Shown piece by piece: positions 6,877 through 10,033 of a stretch of 10,033 nucleotides of DNA (positions are counted from its first letter, which is position 1; every line of letters begins with the position of its first letter). The stretch is from IMG/VR virus record IMGVR_UViG_2660238061_000002; one strand, written 5' to 3'. This stretch comes from a virus (lineage: Duplodnaviria > Heunggongvirae > Uroviricota > Caudoviricetes). The translations under genes were made by a program, and so were the position numbers. Below the pieces are notes generated by a model. It was given only the letters and a program-made list of their open reading frames with translations. It had not been told where the DNA came from and did not search any database.

Positions 6877-8265
6877 GCGGATATCCAGATTCGCTGCGGT
6901 GGTGTGAACGCCGGTCAGCCTGCCGGTGGTGCTGTAGCTGTAACTCCGGGTCTGGCGCGGGCTGCTGATGCGGATGAGTTCGCCGTTGTCGTTCCAGGTG
7001 TAATCGCGGTCATACTGCAGGCTGTTCAGGTGCTGACGCTGTAACTGCCCGGCAGGGGTGTAAGCGGTGGTGAGTTCATAACGACCGAAGCTGCGCAGCG
7101 TTTCCCGGTGCAGGCGGTCGCGGGTGAAATCCACCAGCGGTGTGTCGCCGAGCTTCATGCCTGCCAGCCAGCCGCTGCCGTAGGTCAGCCATTCCACGGC
7201 GGGCAGGCTGTCCGGTATACAGCGGTTCGCCAGTCCCTGTGCGTTGTACGCATGTCTGGTCTCATGCTGCCAGAGCAGTTCATTCGTCTGCGGATGATGC
7301 ACCGTCAGGTGTTCACTGGCGAGGCGGCCTTTACTGTCATAACCATAGTGCACCGCCACCCGGTGCCCTTCGCTGATATGGCTGATGTCTGTCAGCCAGC
7401 CGCGTTCGTCATACTGCCACTGCTCTGCGGTTTCACCCTTCACGGTGCGGTGAGTGAGGCGGTCTGCTTCGTCATAGTACCAGTGGGTGACCAGCCCCTC
7501 ATCCTCGCTGCGGATAAGTTTGCCGGTCAGGTCGTGGTGATAACGCTGTGTGCGGCCGTCAAAGCCGGTTTCCTGTATCAGCCGGTCGAGTACATCGTAA
7601 CGGAAGGTGGTGTGGCTGCCGTTTTCACTGGTCAGGCGGATGACCCGTCCGGCAGCATCGTATTCCATACTGCGCGTCAGCCCGCCCTGCGTGGTACAGA
7701 TGGCCTTTCCCCACGCATCGTACTGTGTCCCGTTTCTGCTGCCGTCCGGGGCAATGACGGTGGTCAGGTCACCGGCGGCGTTGTATTCATACCGCGTTTC
7801 ATGGCCCTGCGTGTCTTTCACGGCAATTAACTGTCCACGGCTGTCGTATGCGCGGTACTGGCTCAGCCCTTCCTCGCGGTGCACCGCCGTCACCTGACCA
7901 AAACGGTCATGGTCATAACGGGTTACATAACCGGAACAGTCGGTGAAGCTCAGCAACTGGCCGTAACGGCTCCACGTCATGGTTTTCCGGCTGCCGGTGG
8001 CATCGTCCGTTGCGCAGGGGAGGTCACTGTGTGGATTATCATAACGGTAGCGGGTGATATCGCCGTCAGGGGCGGTTTCCTGAATCAGACGGCCGGATTC
8101 ATCATATTCCCGGCGCAATTCCAGCCCGTCAGGCCCGGTGGCTGACGTTAACTGGTTGTGGTGGTTATAGTAAAACGCCGATGCCCTGCCATCCGGCGTG
8201 GTTATGCGCGTGATGAGGCCCGTCACCACATCCGGGCTGTACTCTGTTGTCCTGCCTGCGGCATC
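6877..8265 (-). CDS. Rhs-family protein, internal YD-repeat region (463 codons, no stops), open at both ends
   Basis: Repeated xxGxxxRYxYDxxGRL-type units (e.g. DAAGRTTEYSPD, RYDHDRFGQVTAV, RYEYNAAGDLTTV, TFRYDVLDRLIQETGFDGR); neither the N-terminal domain nor the C-terminal toxin tip is present. Confidence 0.85.
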
Positions 8266-8276
8266 NNNNNNNNNNG

Positions 8277-8872
8277 CACTGTAAAGAGAAGTGGCTGCGT
8301 ACCCTGTGTGAAGTTGATTTCACGCCACCGGTAAATGGGGAAACGCTTGAAACTCATGCCCCGGCATTCTGGCGCTGGCTGGACAGGGCAGCCGGGCGCA
8401 AGCCAGCAAAACGCGACATTATTCTCGCAGCGCTGTTTATGGTGCTGGCGAACCGCTATGACTGGCAGCTCTTTCTGGAAGTGACTGGCCCTGGCGGAAG
8501 TGGCAAAAGTATCCTTGCTGAAATTGCAACGATGCTTGCAGGAGAGGATAACGCCACCTCAGCGACAATTGAAACTCTGGAGTCCCCGCGAGAACGTGCG
8601 GCTCTGATCGGTTTTTCTCTTATTCGCCTGCCTGATCAGGAGAAATGGAGCGGCGATGGCGCCGGGCTTAAGGCTATAACCGGTGGCGATGCAGTATCTG
8701 TGGACCCCAAATATCAGAATGCTTATTCAACACATATTCCGGCGGTTATCCTGGCCGTAAATAATAATCCTATGCGCTTCACTGATCGCAGTGGTGGTGT
8801 GTCTCGCCGGAGAGTTATTCTGCATTTTCCTGAGCAGATAGCACCGGAAGAACGCGATCCGCAGCTAAAAGA
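8277..8872 (+). CDS. Phage/plasmid primase-helicase fragment, P4-alpha-like C-terminal (SF3 helicase-type) domain with Walker A GPGGSGKS at about 8487-8510
   Basis: Open frame across the block; P-loop motif plus sequence context recalled from P4-family primase C-terminal domains; open at both ends. Confidence 0.55.
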
Positions 8873-8882
8873 NNNNNNNNNN

Positions 8883-9395
8883 CGATTCGGTCGGGTTAAA
8901 CTGCACGCCAGCTCCCCACGCCAGAGACGTGTTGCTGTGGCGACCGTCATCACTTCCGGTCAGCACATCGTGCGTTTTCCCCTTGTTGTCAGTTACGCGG
9001 AGATAATCCCCGGAGAAAGTCGACACACGGCTGTAAGCCACACCCGCCATCGCATACGCGCTGAACCATTCATTCACGCGTACAGACGGCCCCGCCATCA
9101 CGCTGAACCAGCGGTTACGTAAGGAATCTTCATGCCAGCGGGTATCGCTGTAACGGGTCAGCTGGCGATTCTTGTCTCCTGCATAGCTGAATGACGTCAC
9201 CAGCCCTAGTGTGTCCGTAAACTCATAACGGTATTTCACGTTAATCCCGTTCAGATCATCGCTGCCGGGAACGTTCGTCGAGGCATGAAGATAGCCCGCG
9301 CTCAGCGTGGACTGATGTTCAGACGCCCATGCAGGCGCACCGGATACGGCCAGACAGATGGCTGCGGACAAAATGGCGGCATAAAGTTTACGCAT
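8883..9395 (-). CDS. lom: Second Lom-family outer membrane protein (paralog of 6051-6625), 3' end cut off by N run
   Basis: ATG at 9393-9395 (minus); MRKLYAAILSAAICLAVSGAPAWASEHQS…; about 95 percent identical to the first lom copy. Confidence 0.85.
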
Positions 9396-9418
9396 AATTA
9401 CCTCTCGCTTTTCTGCAA

Positions 9419-9444
9419 TAAAAAAGGCGCCAGAAATGGCGCCC
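9419..9444 (-). terminator. Rho-independent terminator between the second J C-terminus and second lom (minus strand: ggcgcca-tttc-tggcgcc then tttttt)
   Basis: Hairpin plus T-run read from the sequence; paralogous to the terminator at 6003-6027. Confidence 0.55.
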
Positions 9445-9463
9445 GCATATGGGTTATGAAAAT

Positions 9464-10014
9464 TCAGCTAATCGTGATACCTGCTGTGGATTTCTTCATC
9501 ACCACAACCAGCAAATCGCTGATACTGGCTGTGGGATACCAGTCATTTACCAGCCACGCTGATACCGAAAACTCCAGCGTCATGTGACCGCGACCAGCAG
9601 GCATATCAATAACACCTGTATAAACCAGCGTATTATCCAGCGCGGTACGGTTATAAATTTCAGCACCGTTTTTCTTCACTATCAGGCGGCATGACGAATA
9701 AATATCGTTATTCTCCCGCTCATGTTTAGCGCCACGAAACGCCACCGCGGGAATAACAATCTGCCGGTCAAACGGCTGATCGTCATAAACCCTGACGGTA
9801 ATGGTCCCTGATGGCCACCGCTCCGGTGCACGGGAGTCCCGGGGGAAAGCTTTGCCCACTGTTTTAACGAGATCGCCTTCAATCTGGTTCGCGGACAGTT
9901 TTCCCAGAACCCGACAGTTCTCGTTAATCGTGACATTGTTGAGCGTCCCGGCGTTCGCATTCACACTGCCACTGATATCCGCATTTTTAGCGGTCAGCTT
10001 TCCGTCCGGTGTCA
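9464..10014 (-). CDS. J: Lambda-like protein J, C-terminal receptor-binding region, variant 2 (…[69 protein letters not shown]…[22 protein letters not shown])
   Basis: Stop at 9464-9466 (minus); conserved flanks with a divergent central segment compared with variant 1. Confidence 0.85.
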
Positions 10015-10033
10015 NNNNNNNNNNCTGACACAT

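Noticed and set aside
6252-7044. ORFs 6252-6851 (minus), 6682-7044 and 6756-6968 (plus)
   Set aside because: Antisense to lom, U or Rhs and crossing N runs.
7108-8145. Plus-strand ORFs antisense to the Rhs fragment (7108-7830, 7140-7376, 7607-7897, 7879-8145)
   Set aside because: The minus-strand Rhs frame has clear YD repeats; high-GC antisense frames are commonly open.
8883-9122. Tail of plus ORF 8247-9122 beyond the N run, and minus ORF 8723-8953
   Set aside because: The part beyond the N run is the antisense of lom fused across a gap; 8723-8953 is antisense to the primase fragment.
9285-10028. Plus-strand ORFs 9285-9587 and 9801-10028, and minus ORF 9682-9960
   Set aside because: Antisense or alternative-frame to the second J C-terminus and lom; no support.
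10025-10033. 9-nt terminal block (minus strand reads ATG TGT CAG)
   Set aside because: Too short to interpret.

Overview
This window is not one contiguous locus. It is 17 sequence blocks joined by 16 runs of exactly 10 N (505-514, 962-971, 1653-1662, 1858-1867, 2150-2159, 2463-2472, 2667-2676, 2899-2908, 3220-3229, 5055-5064, 5365-5374, 6626-6635, 6867-6876, 8266-8275, 8873-8882, 10015-10024), so order and orientation across any N run cannot be trusted. Most blocks are fragments of lambdoid prophage tail genes (H, M, V, G twice, I, J in four pieces, U, lom twice), in non-lambda order and with paralogous duplicates, which suggests at least two related prophages in the source genome. Other blocks carry a partial tRNA-Lys(UUU), an Rhs YD-repeat fragment, a P4-family primase/helicase fragment with a Walker A motif, an adhesin-like repeat fragment, and an AT-rich block with a strong terminator. 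The content fits an Escherichia/Shigella-type genome. The one block that looks like a candidate undescribed system is 3230-5054: two IS1 left ends in inverted orientation bracket about 1.5 kb of unique DNA (3486-4995) encoding a predicted CPBP-family (Abi/CAAX-type) intramembrane protease and a small protein with a GyrI-like duplicated-fold pattern, plus a possible gene stub cut by the second IS1. All identifications rest on reading the translations and recalled sequences (lambda proteins, IS1, tRNA-Lys); no database search or computation was run, and the two cargo genes are the least certain calls. The supplied ORF track sometimes starts at TTG or GTG rendered as M (checked at 3538 and 8229), so listed starts are not reliable ATGs.
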